IMG/VR virus record: IMGVR_UViG_3300049571_000582
Span: 32,001 to 96,000 of that record
Origin: a virus
Direction: 5' to 3' (one strand)
Length of the DNA stretch: 64,000 nt
Shown here: positions 29,536 through 39,867 of the stretch, one piece after another
Position numbering within the stretch: position 1 is the stretch's first letter
Layout of the letters: each line of letters opens with the position of its first letter
Position numbers and translations under genes: made by a program
The notes under the pieces: model-generated
What the model saw: only the letters and a program-made list of their open reading frames with translations
The model's database searches: none
What the model was told of the DNA's origin: nothing

Positions 29536-29850
29536 TTAGTCGGGCAGGCGAGTGTCGATATTGATAGCCGCCGTCCGCCGTACGTCCTCGGCGACCTTGA
29601 GCGCCTTGGCGAGCCCGTCGTGCTCGAGCCGGCCATCGGCCTTGATGGCGGAGATGTAGGAGTCGAGCCCGTTGAGGGCGAACTCGTCTTTCATGTTGAG
29701 GACAAAGAACAGGTCATTGACCGACTTGCCCGCCGTGCGCCTGGCTTCCTGGATCGTCTTGAGGATGTCCAGCAGCTGGGCCTTCTGGGCTTGATTGAGA
29801 TACATCTTCGCGTCTTCGTTCTTGAAGATGACGTATTTGTTCTGGGCCAC
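29536..29850 (-). CDS. Hypothetical protein
   Basis: AGGAGG RBS; 104 aa. Confidence 0.7.
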   Translation of the reverse strand: MAQNKYVIFKNEDAKMYLNQAQKAQLLDILKTIQEARRTAGKSVNDLFFVLNMKDEFALNGLDSYISAIKADGRLEHDGLAKALKVAEDVRRTAAINIDTRLPD

Positions 29851-29867
29851 TGCCCCCTCCTCTGAAA

Positions 29868-32114
29868 TCAGGCCGCCAGTTTCATGACGGTGTTGGTGAG
29901 ACGTTCCATTAGGTACGTGTTACGCTTTGAGACCTGGTTGTTGCGGACAGCCATGGAAACGGCCTGCGGGTGGGCGACGAGAATCACGAGCTTGCGGCTT
30001 CTCGTCACGCCGGTGTAGAGCATGTTCCGCTGGAGCATTTTGAAGTGCCCAGTGTGCAAGCACATGATCACAACCGGGTATTCAGACCCCTGGCTCTTGT
30101 GGACGGTGCAGGCATACGCCAGCATCAAATCGTTCCAGTCGACACGCTCCAACTCTTTGTCCTGGCCGTCGAAGGAGCCAATCAGCTTGACGACCTCGGC
30201 CTCGGCGTTGCGTTCGAATCGCACGATTCGCCCCTGATCGCCGTTGCACAGGCCCGTTTCCCGGTTGTTGCGGGTGTTCATCATCCGGTCGCCGGACCCC
30301 CACCGCGTGCCGAAACGATCAATGCTGTCTTCTGGATTGGGGTTGATGACGTCCTGCACCTGCTTGTTCAGATTCTCCACACCAGCAGCGCCCTTTTTCA
30401 TGGGCGAGAGAACCTGAACATCCTCAGCGGGGTTGAAGCCAAACGCAGGCACGAGCTTCGACACGCACCACCGCACGATGGCGGCCTGCTTTTCCTGGTC
30501 GTCGCACTCGATGAGCATCATGTCGGTCTTGGGCCAGCCCCGGGCCTTGATGATTTCCCGGCTGACCTTCTGGATCTGCGGCGTCACGCCGTTGTTGATG
30601 TCGTGGGCATGGCGGACAATGTCGGACCCCACCGCCTGACGCTGGGGCTTGGTGAGTTTGGTGGCGGCGATTTTCGGGCACCCGAGGAGGTCCCGGAGAA
30701 CCGACCCGGGGCCGACCGACGGGAGCTGGTCGGCGTCTCCAACGAAGATAACGATGCAGCTGGGGTGGACGTAGCTTAGGAGCCATGCAAGAACCTCGAT
30801 GTCGACCATCGACACTTCGTCGATGATCAGCACGCCACGCATCAGCACGTCTTCGATCGCCGCTCCATCCTTGATCATTTTGGAGAGACTGTGAAGCCGG
30901 CGGTGGATCGTCTCGGCGTACCTGCCGATCACCTCGCTCATTCGCTTGGCCGCACGGCCGGTGGGGGCCAGCATGTTGATCATGAGGCCGGCCCGTTCGT
31001 AGCCGGCGACGAGGGCGCGAGTGATGGTGGTCTTGCCGGTGCCGGGGCCGCCGGTGAGAACCGCCAGCTTGCTTCGAAGCGTGCGATCGATGGCCTCGAT
31101 CTGCACAGGATCCAGTGTCAGGCCGGTGGAGGAGGAGGCACCTTCGATGATTGCATCGAGGTCATCGCCGGCAAGTTCCGGTGGCATGGGCTGGGAAAGA
31201 ATCGCGAGCAGCTTTTCTGCAGCCTTGGTCTCGCAGTTAAAGATCTTCGGGTCGTAGATCCGGCCTGAATCGTCGATCACGATACCCCGCTCCGCCGCAT
31301 CGCTGACGGCCGCGTCGACATCTTCGACAGTTATCTGGCGATGATTCAGGAGCTCGTGGGTGACGCGGATCAGGTCTTGGCGGTACAGGAAACACTCGCC
31401 CGGACCTGAGGACGCTTCCTGGAGCACGAACAGGGCACACGCCCGGACGCGGCGAATGTCCGTCTCAGCAAGGCCCAGGTGGATGGCGATTTCGTCAGCC
31501 TTCTTGAAGCCGATCCCCTTGATGTCGCGGCACAGGCAGTAGGGGTCTTCCGATACCTTTTGCTCCGCCTGGTCGCCATATTCCCGCAGGATTCGGGACA
31601 CAAAGGTGCCGGTGATGCCGGCGCGGGTAGCGAACTGAAGAAACTTCCGCTCCGCCCGCTTCTCGTCCCACGCCTTCTTAATACCCTCCGCACGCACCTT
31701 GTCGATGCCGGGAACGTCGTAGAGTCGGTCGAGGTCGTCGTCGAGGATCTTGAACGTGTCCATACCGAACGTGTCGACGATGGCACGTGCGGTCTTGGGG
31801 CCAACGCTGTAAACGTTGTGCGTGAGGTACTTGAGAATCTCGGTGACGGTCTGAGGCTCAAGGACACTGACGTCGGTGACCTGGAGCTGCGGTCCATACT
31901 TCGATCGAGTGATCTCACCAGAGACTGATACTCGCTGACCCACCGCCAGGGACGCGATCCCGCCAACGATCGTGACCCGTCCCCGGTCGTCCTTGTAGGG
32001 GGCGAAAGTGCCCTCGTCGACCTTCAGTCGCATGGCACCCCAGCCGCTCTCCGGCTTTGCCGAGATCACGGCGTCGATGATGCCGCTGAGCTGCAACTCA
32101 TTTCCCGAAGTCAT
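29868..32114 (-). CDS. recD2: RecD2-like SF1B DNA helicase
   Basis: N-terminal OB and HhH motifs, GGPGTGKT, APTGRAAKR, DEVSM, GDADQLPSVGPG, TVHKSQGSEY, YTGVTR. Confidence 0.93.
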   Translation of the reverse strand: MTSGNELQLSGIIDAVISAKPESGWGAMRLKVDEGTFAPYKDDRGRVTIVGGIASLAVGQRVSVSGEITRSKYGPQLQVTDVSVLEPQTVTEILKYLTHNVYSVGPKTARAIVDTFGMDTFKILDDDLDRLYDVPGIDKVRAEGIKKAWDEKRAERKFLQFATRAGITGTFVSRILREYGDQAEQKVSEDPYCLCRDIKGIGFKKADEIAIHLGLAETDIRRVRACALFVLQEASSGPGECFLYRQDLIRVTHELLNHRQITVEDVDAAVSDAAERGIVIDDSGRIYDPKIFNCETKAAEKLLAILSQPMPPELAGDDLDAIIEGASSSTGLTLDPVQIEAIDRTLRSKLAVLTGGPGTGKTTITRALVAGYERAGLMINMLAPTGRAAKRMSEVIGRYAETIHRRLHSLSKMIKDGAAIEDVLMRGVLIIDEVSMVDIEVLAWLLSYVHPSCIVIFVGDADQLPSVGPGSVLRDLLGCPKIAATKLTKPQRQAVGSDIVRHAHDINNGVTPQIQKVSREIIKARGWPKTDMMLIECDDQEKQAAIVRWCVSKLVPAFGFNPAEDVQVLSPMKKGAAGVENLNKQVQDVINPNPEDSIDRFGTRWGSGDRMMNTRNNRETGLCNGDQGRIVRFERNAEAEVVKLIGSFDGQDKELERVDWNDLMLAYACTVHKSQGSEYPVVIMCLHTGHFKMLQRNMLYTGVTRSRKLVILVAHPQAVSMAVRNNQVSKRNTYLMERLTNTVMKLAA

Positions 32115-32126
32115 GGATTCCTGCCC

Positions 32127-32157
32127 AAAAGAAAGCGGCCCACCTCGGGGCCGCCTT
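32127..32157 (-). terminator. Possible intrinsic terminator or attenuator hairpin
   Basis: GCGGCCC/GGGCCGC stem followed by a U-rich tract on the minus strand. Confidence 0.4.
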
Positions 32158-32199
32158 GTAGATCGGGCAAGATTCACAAGATGTTGTTGCAAACATCCC

Positions 32200-33720
32200 C
32201 TATGCCGCTTTTTCGACCTCGCCGAGGTACGTGTAGGTGAAGGAGCCGGCAAGGCCGCGGTCCTTGCTCCAAAGGAACAGATCCGCCTGTCGTGGGGAGT
32301 TGCAATAGCCCATGGCGTGGTGCCATGCATCGGTTCCGCCGAGGCTCGGAACCCGGCGGATGGTCACCCCGTCGATGGTGTCGGTCATCACTCGATCTTG
32401 AATGGCCGGCCCGGTTTTGTTCAACTGCCGGCGCTTCTCCTCCCGCTTGTGAAGATGCCCCAGGTGCCACTCGTAAACCCTGGAGCGGGCGAAGGATTGC
32501 TTGGCTTCGTGTGCCATCAGCATCGGGTAGTTGAGGAACTTTTCCTTGTCGCCGTGAGACCAGCCAATCAGATTGATGCCGAAGTTGTGGTACTTCCGGA
32601 GGGGAGGGGTGTTGTCGATGGCCACGTTGGCCGCATTGCGGAACCACGATTCCAACGTGTCGCCGAAGAAGAACATCTTCGACTGGTCGTGGTTGCCTGG
32701 GACGATGACGATCTTCACGGGTGCGATCTGTCGCAGCTGCTCAACCTTCTTGACGATCGTGTTCTTCATGCGTCGGAAGGTCTTTTGCCAGCGGCTGTCA
32801 ACATCCTGGCGGGTGCCGGCAGTGGTGGTGTTCTCGGGAGTGTCCACATGGAAGAAGTCATTGCCCAGGGGCAAGAGGATCTCTTCAATCGCAAGGCCGG
32901 TGGCCCGCTGCATCAGTGAATCGATGGCGCGAGAATAGATCGCTTCGGAGAGGGAAGATTCGTAATTGGTGCCGGTCTCCGCCTCCCAAGCGAGCTTGCC
33001 GTGGTGCGGGTCAGGGGCGAAGAGCTCGAGCGAGAACCGCTCCTGCTCCATTGCAATGTGGGGATAGCGAACGGGGCGAAGGGTGGGTGAATGGGCAGCC
33101 ACTTCCCGAAGGAGCGATGCACGAATGGCTTTGAGCTCCTCGGTCTTGTCGGCCGAATGGCGGGTGAAGCTGACCTCCACCGACCACATCTCCAGCACGG
33201 TTGCCTGCCGACGCCAATCATTGACTGCGCCGGGCGTCTGGAAGCTGCGGGAACGGAAGAAGCCGCTGTATTTCTTGGCCTTCCAACGCTCCACCTGCCA
33301 CACCGACAGGTCCACCTTTGCCTTCTTGATCGCCTCCTCGAGAGCTCCCTCCTGCGTCTCGGCCTCAACGAGCTTGACGCAGACATCCTGGGAATCAGTG
33401 CCGACGGCATAAGAGACCTCGGCATCGTCGGGTATGCTAGCCGCGGGGGTCCCGGGAGCCTTGGACTTCGCGCGGTGACGCTGGAGTCCTTCAGGGCCGT
33501 GAAGGTATTTCAGGAACAACTCGGTGCAGTTCGAGGATGACTTGGACGCCGGGTTGTCTTTGAGCCACTGTTTCATCCACGCCTTCAGTCGCAGGTGGCG
33601 TCCCCTTACCTGGTGGCGGGTCGCCGCGCCGGTCGAAGTTGCCACGTTTGCGTACGTTGCATCCTTGCCCTTGCTCAGGATGCTGCTGTCGATTTCATAA
33701 GACCAGATTTGTGAAGCCAT
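32200..33720 (-). CDS. Calcineurin-like metallophosphoesterase with N-terminal extension
   Basis: DPHHG, GNDFFH, PGNHD, HGD, GHLH motifs. Confidence 0.85.
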   Translation of the reverse strand: MASQIWSYEIDSSILSKGKDATYANVATSTGAATRHQVRGRHLRLKAWMKQWLKDNPASKSSSNCTELFLKYLHGPEGLQRHRAKSKAPGTPAASIPDDAEVSYAVGTDSQDVCVKLVEAETQEGALEEAIKKAKVDLSVWQVERWKAKKYSGFFRSRSFQTPGAVNDWRRQATVLEMWSVEVSFTRHSADKTEELKAIRASLLREVAAHSPTLRPVRYPHIAMEQERFSLELFAPDPHHGKLAWEAETGTNYESSLSEAIYSRAIDSLMQRATGLAIEEILLPLGNDFFHVDTPENTTTAGTRQDVDSRWQKTFRRMKNTIVKKVEQLRQIAPVKIVIVPGNHDQSKMFFFGDTLESWFRNAANVAIDNTPPLRKYHNFGINLIGWSHGDKEKFLNYPMLMAHEAKQSFARSRVYEWHLGHLHKREEKRRQLNKTGPAIQDRVMTDTIDGVTIRRVPSLGGTDAWHHAMGYCNSPRQADLFLWSKDRGLAGSFTYTYLGEVEKAA

Positions 33721-33803
33721 TAGACCCCCTTGAAATAGCCCCCGCGGATTGCACCATTGATGATACTGATGGATATGTGCTAAATAGCTCGGCCAAATCC
33801 ATC

Positions 33804-33840
33804 AAAAAGAGAACCCCACCAGTTGCCTAATGGGGTTCTC
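33804..33840 (-). terminator. Intrinsic terminator after nrdJ
   Basis: 10-bp stem GAGAACCCCA/TGGGGTTCTC followed by TTTTT on the minus strand. Confidence 0.7.
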
Positions 33841-33880
33841 AGTCGCATATTTCTGTTGTTTTTACCGAAAGCCAGAGGCC

Positions 33881-36800
33881 TTAGGCCCCGCAGCCTCCGC
33901 CAAATCCGCAGTTGACGCACTTCTTACAGGTCCCATTGGGGATCATGCTGCCGGCGCATTCAGGGCACTTTTCCAGCGACACACCGGACGGCGAAGTCGT
34001 TTCCGGAGCTGTCCCCGGGAACTTGTACGTCGGCGGGATCCCGTGGTCCCCGGCGATGGGGGGCTTGACGTTAAGCACGCTCTCGTCACCCAGTTCGTGA
34101 TAGGCCAGGAGCTTGGCGATCAGGTTCATGATCGACGTGTAGGTCTTCACGTAGGGGTGGGAGGCCGTCAGGCCATTGGGCTCAAACTTCGAGTCCATCC
34201 AGCTCTTGACAATCCACGTGATCGGGATGCCTCCCTGGAGGGCGACGTTGGCCGTCTTACAGACCATGTCCAGCATCGCTTGGAGAGTGCCCTGATCGGC
34301 CGAATAGGTGGCCCAGATCTCGGCGACCCGCCCGTCGTCATACCGGACGGTGCGGAGGTAGAGCTTGCCGTTACCAACCTCGGTGCTGATGTCGATCCCT
34401 GGACGGCGGTTCCAGCCCAGCTTCACCCGCGTGCCAACTTGCGGGGGGCTGATGACCTTGATCGCGTTCCGGCCCAAGGCCTCCAGCTCTTCCCCACGAC
34501 GAACGAGGTCGTCGTCGCCGGCAATCGCCCCAATAATCTGCTTGGCCTGCCCGGAACGGACGTCCGAATGGGCGATGGTCTGCGTGATTGCTGCTGCACG
34601 GGACTCGGCGAACGCCTTGCGGGCCGCAGGGTTATCTGCGGCGGTCTTTAAGATCTCCGCAGCATCCGGCTTCTTCGGCTTGGCCTTGAGATTCAGGGGC
34701 TGCGAGAGCTTGCAGCCGTCGCGGTAAAGGGCAATGGCCTTGGTGCCCAAGTCATGCCCCATGCGGTACGCCTGACGCACCTCTTCGATCGTCGCATCGG
34801 CCGGCATGTTGACCGTCTTGGAGATCGCACCAGAGATGAACGATTGCACCGCCGCCATCATCCGAATATGTGCGGCCCATGCGATGGCCGGATTGTGCGG
34901 GTCCTGCGATGCGGCCGTTGCAAAGACTGGCACGTGCTCCTCGGTAATGTATACGCCGTCGGCGGTCGGATTCTGCGCGGTCGGAACGCAACCGTGCTCG
35001 TTGACAAAACGCACGATCTCCTCGATGTCATGCCCGAAGTATTCGAGTTTCCGCAGGGCGATGCGAAGGCACTGGGGAGTGAAGTCCATGCCGCCGCCGC
35101 CGACAAGCTGCTTGAACACCTTGAGGCCGTAGAGGGGCTCAACGCCGGTGGTATCGCAGTCCAGAGTGATGCCGATGGTTCCGGTGGGAGCGATGACGGT
35201 CATCTCCGCATTCCGGTACCCCCACCGGTTGCCGCCATCGATCGCCGCTTCCCAGAGCTTCCGGTTGATGACGAACAGGTCCAGCCACTGGTCATGTCCA
35301 AGGGCGGCCTTCAGCGATTCATGGTCAATGGGCATCGGGGCCACGGTGAGACCTTCGTACGCATCCTTGGACCGCTGCCCTTCGAAGGCTCGCCGATGGT
35401 TAAGGACACACCGGAGATGGTCTTGCTTATTGGCATGAAACCGGGGGTAGGCCCCGAGGGATTCCGCCAGCTTGGCGCTGGTGACATGGCACTGGGCCTG
35501 CATCAGGGACGAGACGATCCCCGCCAGCGACAACGCGCCGTCTGAGTCATAGGGCAGGCAGTGGGCCATCAGGAAGGCACCCAGGTCCGCGTACCCCAGG
35601 CCCGTGTCGCGGTAGTTGTAAACGTTGATCGCGGTGGTGCGGTCCGGGAGGCTGGCCAGTGAGTTGGAAAGGTCCAGCGTGAATTGCCAGAGGTGGGTGC
35701 TGTGGAGGAATGCCTCCACGTCGAATTTCCCGCCCTTGTAAAACGCCATGAGCCGCTGCGACGCCAGGTTGCACGCCGATCCATTGAGCCGCATGTGCTC
35801 CGAGCAGGGGTTCGACGCGTCGATACGGCCATCGTGGGGCGTCACGTTCCAGTCGTTACAAGTGGTGTCATATTGGACGCCAGGATCCCCGCAGAACCAA
35901 CCGTTCTTGGCAATCTCGGTCTCAAGATCCCGCGATGGGAAAGAGCGGGTGGACTTGTCCGTCCGGGCAACGAACTGCCAGTCCGCACCCGCGTCAACTG
36001 CGGCATAGAAATCCGAAGGGATTCGCACGCTGTGGTTGGCGTTCTGGAAAGGGGCAATCGCATACGCCCGGCCGTTGAAATCCTCGTCGAAGACCACGTC
36101 GGGCCACTGCTTCTCGCCCTGGATCGCCAGGTGGATCGCCTTGATGATGTAGTTGTCGAGCACACCGACCGCCTTGGCCTCGGCGATGGGCTTCTCAGCG
36201 AGCTCCTGCGCATCGTCCAGCGACAGCAACACCTTGTCGCTTCCACCGATGGCGTCCATGACCGACTGGCAGTGCTTCTTGATGAGGCGGGAGCCGATGA
36301 CCATCGACGCCACGGCGATCTCCGCCTCGGTCTTGCAGAATACGAATTCGTGAACATCAGGGTGGTCGAGGTCAACGGTGACCATCTTGGCTGCACGCCG
36401 AGTGGTGCCGCCGGACTTGATCGCACCGGCGGATCGGTCCGCGGACTCAAGCCAACTCATAAGGCCCGAGCTCTTCCCGCCGCCGGAGAGCTTCTCGTGC
36501 TTGCTGCGGAGCTTGGAGGGGTTGACGCCACTGCCGGACCCATACTTGAAGATTCGCGCCTCACGTTCGATCCAGGGCAGGATCCCGTCCGTGCCAAGGA
36601 GCGTGTCCTTCACATCAAGGATGAAACATGCATGTACTTGTGGATTCTGGTATGCCGACAAACTGTGACGTGCAAACTTGTCCATCTCCGACATCCAGTC
36701 CTTGATGCCTAGCAAAGGGACGAAGATGGAGCTGTCCATTTCGCGGGTGTTGGAGGGCAAATCCACAACCCAGTGTCCCTGCGCGGAGCCCGTGAGGCCG

Positions 36801-37330
36801 TATGCCCACCAAAGACCGCTGTTGAACCACTGTGGGGAGTTGGGCGCGCCCATCTGAGAGAGGAGAATGAACACCATCTCGTCGAAATAGGCACGGGCGT
36901 TGCATAGACGGATCTCCTCCACAGCATTGCCCGATACGACCCCGGTAAGTTGCTCTTGCGAAGGATCAAAGTAGTGATTGGTGTAACCCGCAAAAGTCCA
37001 ATGCCCCACGATGCGGCTGATGACCTGCTGGACGGACACCTCGCCACCGACCTGCGAGCCGGGCGCAGCAACACGCGGACACAGCCAATCGGGAAGATGG
37101 CCATAGTCCGCGTGTCGAACCGTTTCCAAGGGCACGCCGCCCTTGCGGAAGTATTTGGAGATCAAGGTGTCGCGGGCATTCTTCGACCAGCTGCGCGGAA
37201 CGACAGCGCCGCGGAGCTCGAAGACCGTTTCCTTGGTCTTGTAGTTGGTAATGACGCAGTCGTGAGAATCGTACTCGAACTGCGCGAAGGGATCAGCCCC
37301 CTGTTGGGTGAAGCGACGGGTGATTTGCAT
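33881..37330 (-). CDS. nrdJ: Class II (adenosylcobalamin-dependent) ribonucleotide reductase with C-terminal TSCPD/Zn-ribbon region
   Basis: PNSPQWFN, ACFI, GGTTRRAAKM, ASNPCSE, ACNLAS, IAPTGTI, ISKTVNMP, YRDGCK and terminal CxxC motifs. Confidence 0.95.
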   Translation of the reverse strand: MQITRRFTQQGADPFAQFEYDSHDCVITNYKTKETVFELRGAVVPRSWSKNARDTLISKYFRKGGVPLETVRHADYGHLPDWLCPRVAAPGSQVGGEVSVQQVISRIVGHWTFAGYTNHYFDPSQEQLTGVVSGNAVEEIRLCNARAYFDEMVFILLSQMGAPNSPQWFNSGLWWAYGLTGSAQGHWVVDLPSNTREMDSSIFVPLLGIKDWMSEMDKFARHSLSAYQNPQVHACFILDVKDTLLGTDGILPWIEREARIFKYGSGSGVNPSKLRSKHEKLSGGGKSSGLMSWLESADRSAGAIKSGGTTRRAAKMVTVDLDHPDVHEFVFCKTEAEIAVASMVIGSRLIKKHCQSVMDAIGGSDKVLLSLDDAQELAEKPIAEAKAVGVLDNYIIKAIHLAIQGEKQWPDVVFDEDFNGRAYAIAPFQNANHSVRIPSDFYAAVDAGADWQFVARTDKSTRSFPSRDLETEIAKNGWFCGDPGVQYDTTCNDWNVTPHDGRIDASNPCSEHMRLNGSACNLASQRLMAFYKGGKFDVEAFLHSTHLWQFTLDLSNSLASLPDRTTAINVYNYRDTGLGYADLGAFLMAHCLPYDSDGALSLAGIVSSLMQAQCHVTSAKLAESLGAYPRFHANKQDHLRCVLNHRRAFEGQRSKDAYEGLTVAPMPIDHESLKAALGHDQWLDLFVINRKLWEAAIDGGNRWGYRNAEMTVIAPTGTIGITLDCDTTGVEPLYGLKVFKQLVGGGGMDFTPQCLRIALRKLEYFGHDIEEIVRFVNEHGCVPTAQNPTADGVYITEEHVPVFATAASQDPHNPAIAWAAHIRMMAAVQSFISGAISKTVNMPADATIEEVRQAYRMGHDLGTKAIALYRDGCKLSQPLNLKAKPKKPDAAEILKTAADNPAARKAFAESRAAAITQTIAHSDVRSGQAKQIIGAIAGDDDLVRRGEELEALGRNAIKVISPPQVGTRVKLGWNRRPGIDISTEVGNGKLYLRTVRYDDGRVAEIWATYSADQGTLQAMLDMVCKTANVALQGGIPITWIVKSWMDSKFEPNGLTASHPYVKTYTSIMNLIAKLLAYHELGDESVLNVKPPIAGDHGIPPTYKFPGTAPETTSPSGVSLEKCPECAGSMIPNGTCKKCVNCGFGGGCGA

Positions 37331-37348
37331 GCAGGTTTACTCCGAACT

Positions 37349-38011
37349 TTAAGCCACTGCCGACTCAACGTCGGCCGACATAAAGTTCGGGCAAGAAGCG
37401 CTCGGCGATTGGCCGAAATGCTCGCAAATCTTGGCTTCGAGTTTTTTGTTGAGATGGTAGATGCGAGTGAAGGTCACATCGAGGATCCGGGCGATCTCGC
37501 GGAGCTTTTTGTTTTCTTTGTAGCGAAGGTCAAAGACCCGACGCTCGGCGGACGAGAGGCTTTCGGGGAAGACATCCATGAAGTCCTTGAGGGCAACGGA
37601 ATCGGCGGGATCCTTGCCACTGGCATCCACGGGCTCGGCGACGACGAAGCGGCCGGTCTTCGTGTCAACAACGCCCATGTACGATTCGGTGGGGACGGTC
37701 ATGCCGTACCACTTGTCATCGCGGAAGCGGGCGATGACGTGGGCGTAACGCATTTCATCCTGGGCCGCGCGGTAGCCCTTGCAGATCATGTAGGCGCAGA
37801 TCCGTTTGACGGGATCAAGCGTCTCGCCAGCGAACCGATCGGGGTTGAATTTCTTGATGGCCTTGGCCACGCCGAGCTGCGACCATCCTGTCGCCTCGTC
37901 GTAATCGACGGCGTCGGGGTACGCGTTCACGATCTTCTTCGCAACAATGCGAACGACCGTCGAAATGTGGTGATTGGTGATGTGAGGAATAGACGGAGCG
38001 ATGGTGCACAT
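37349..38011 (-). CDS. Phage sigma-70-family sigma factor (FliA/SigF-like, regions 2 and 4)
   Basis: LGVAKAIKKFNPDR (region 2.3); LSSAERRVFDLRY...LREIARILDVTFTRIYHL (region 4.2). Confidence 0.85.
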   Translation of the reverse strand: MCTIAPSIPHITNHHISTVVRIVAKKIVNAYPDAVDYDEATGWSQLGVAKAIKKFNPDRFAGETLDPVKRICAYMICKGYRAAQDEMRYAHVIARFRDDKWYGMTVPTESYMGVVDTKTGRFVVAEPVDASGKDPADSVALKDFMDVFPESLSSAERRVFDLRYKENKKLREIARILDVTFTRIYHLNKKLEAKICEHFGQSPSASCPNFMSADVESAVA

Positions 38012-38092
38012 AAAGGATTTCCCTTCCTTCCGCTAACGGAATCAACAAACTGAAGTGCGGATTACAGGTGCCGCAACAAAAGAAACAAACAT

Positions 38093-38347
38093 TCAGGGGA
38101 TGGGGACGACGGGCACTTTCTGGATGACCTGCTGGGCAAGTTCGACGGCCCGAGCCTGCGCGTCGAGGTTCTCGATGCTGATCTTGGTGCCATCGGGGGC
38201 CGTCGCGTCGAGTTTTCCGATCTTGGTGTCCATCCCGAATCGCCAGATTTCAACATGACGCCCGTCAGCGGATTGATATTGAATGTGGCTGCACGCGCCC
38301 AGGAAGGCAGCCGCCATCACGATGGCACAAGCCAAAAGAGACTTCAT
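38093..38347 (-). CDS. Small lipoprotein
   Basis: Signal peptide with LGAC lipobox. Confidence 0.7.
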   Translation of the reverse strand: MKSLLACAIVMAAAFLGACSHIQYQSADGRHVEIWRFGMDTKIGKLDATAPDGTKISIENLDAQARAVELAQQVIQKVPVVPIP

Positions 38348-38360
38348 CGTTGGTCCTCGA

Positions 38361-38939
38361 TTATCGATAGCTGTTGACGCTTCCCGATGTCAGCTCACGA
38401 CTGCAATCGGTTCGGAGTGTTGCGTACTCCGCCGCCCTGTGGAGTAATTCGGAGGGATGAGGCCCCGCGTACTGTTCGAGAGCAATGTGCGGCAAGTACC
38501 GCGAAAGATTAAACGTATTGGGGAAGCCTCGGGGTTCCAAGAAAACAATGCGATTTACCTTTACAAACGGCATGTTCGCCAAAAGCCCGAAGCACACCTC
38601 GCATGGAGGCATGGAGAGATACACAACAGCATTGTTCGAGGTTCCGCGGCAGTTCACGATCGCATTGCAGTCGGCATGGACCATGACCGGATATTTGTCG
38701 GGGCGTTTCGTCGGAAGGGGCGGCATCCCCGCGGGGGGTGTCGCGTTGCGAGGGTGTCCATTATAGCCAGTGCCCAGAACGATCTTGGTGTCCCAGTCGG
38801 CAATAATGCATCCCTGCTTGGTCTCCTGGTCGGGCGATCGCATCGCGGCCAGAAACACCATGCCCATAAAGTATTCGTCCCAGGACGGGACCTTCAGCGA
38901 TTCGATCCACTGTGCTGCGTTGCCCACAGACTCTCCCAC
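38361..38939 (-). CDS. dCMP deaminase-like protein (HAD variant of the HAE motif)
   Basis: WDEYFM, RSPD, GYNG, HADCNAI, PCEVC. Confidence 0.85.
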   Translation of the reverse strand: MGESVGNAAQWIESLKVPSWDEYFMGMVFLAAMRSPDQETKQGCIIADWDTKIVLGTGYNGHPRNATPPAGMPPLPTKRPDKYPVMVHADCNAIVNCRGTSNNAVVYLSMPPCEVCFGLLANMPFVKVNRIVFLEPRGFPNTFNLSRYLPHIALEQYAGPHPSELLHRAAEYATLRTDCSRELTSGSVNSYR

Positions 38940-38961
38940 GACGAAACACCCTCTACCCTAA

Positions 38962-38991
38962 TTTATACCGAACGACAGCCGCAAGGGTCAA
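38962..38991 (-). promoter_or_regulatory. Sigma70-like promoter TTGACC-N18-TATAAA
   Basis: Near-consensus hexamers just upstream of the deaminase gene. Confidence 0.6.
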
Positions 38992-39025
38992 GAACTTTCT
39001 TGCGGGTTCGCGACTCTGCGATGGA

Positions 39026-39454
39026 TCAGCCTGCGATGATGATTCCGCCGGGCCGGCCTTCCGCCTGCGCCACGGCATCCTGAAATGCGTTGTGCTTGGT
39101 GGTCTCCGCGTTCACCGCCGCATTGACCATGCTTCCCTGCTCGCCCGAATTGCGGGCACGAATGACGGCATCGTTGCTGCGCCCGATCACCTCCGCGAGC
39201 TTCACAAGCCGCTCGATGTCAGCGCGTGAGAGAATCGGCACCACCACATGCCCCATGCCTGTCTGCGGCCGACCATCCTGGCCCGGGGTTGCCTGCGGGA
39301 AGAGGACGACCATGCCGTTTTTAGTAACGGCGTTGAGCGCCAACTGGCCCACCTGCATCAGCATCCGGAGGTATTCGTCCGTAACGTGCGCCGGCACCTT
39401 GGCTTGAAAGATCCGGGTTGCCGGAGCTTCCGGCTGCTGTGTTGGTTCCGACAT
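39026..39454 (-). CDS. Hypothetical protein
   Basis: GAGG RBS; 142 aa. Confidence 0.65.
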   Translation of the reverse strand: MSEPTQQPEAPATRIFQAKVPAHVTDEYLRMLMQVGQLALNAVTKNGMVVLFPQATPGQDGRPQTGMGHVVVPILSRADIERLVKLAEVIGRSNDAVIRARNSGEQGSMVNAAVNAETTKHNAFQDAVAQAEGRPGGIIIAG

Positions 39455-39460
39455 GTTTCC

Positions 39461-39808
39461 TCACCAGTGAAGAAAACGGACAACGAATCCCTTGGAGAGG
39501 ACCGTATCCGCTGTGACGCCGGCGCTCTCGGCCAGATCACCGACATACTTTTTGACCGCGGGGTGAACCCCCTCGGGCTGTTCGAATTGCTCTTTGCTCG
39601 CGACGCCAAGCTCGGAGGCCAGTGCGCTGACCATCACCCGACCGGTGATGGCCTGCTCACGGACCTTCTGATCGACGCACCGTGCCGCCGCACCCAGATC
39701 CACCATTTCCGCCATTGCCGCGCGATCGTTGTCATCCTGGCACAGCATGAACAGCGGCGTGCAGGGTGGCTCGGTCGGGGTCAGGCCTGAGAGCTGGCGA
39801 ATGATCAT
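39461..39808 (-). CDS. Hypothetical protein
   Basis: AGGAG RBS; 115 aa. Confidence 0.6.
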   Translation of the reverse strand: MIIRQLSGLTPTEPPCTPLFMLCQDDNDRAAMAEMVDLGAAARCVDQKVREQAITGRVMVSALASELGVASKEQFEQPEGVHPAVKKYVGDLAESAGVTADTVLSKGFVVRFLHW

Positions 39809-39830
39809 GGGAGCTCCTGGGGAAGCGAAA

Positions 39831-39856
39831 GGGGTCTGGCCAAAGGGCCAGACCCC
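39831..39856 (-). terminator. Perfect 11-bp hairpin (terminator or RNA-stabilising element)
   Basis: GGGGTCTGGCC-AAAG-GGCCAGACCCC; only a weak U-tract on the minus strand. Confidence 0.5.
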
Positions 39857-39867
39857 ACGCTGCTGAT

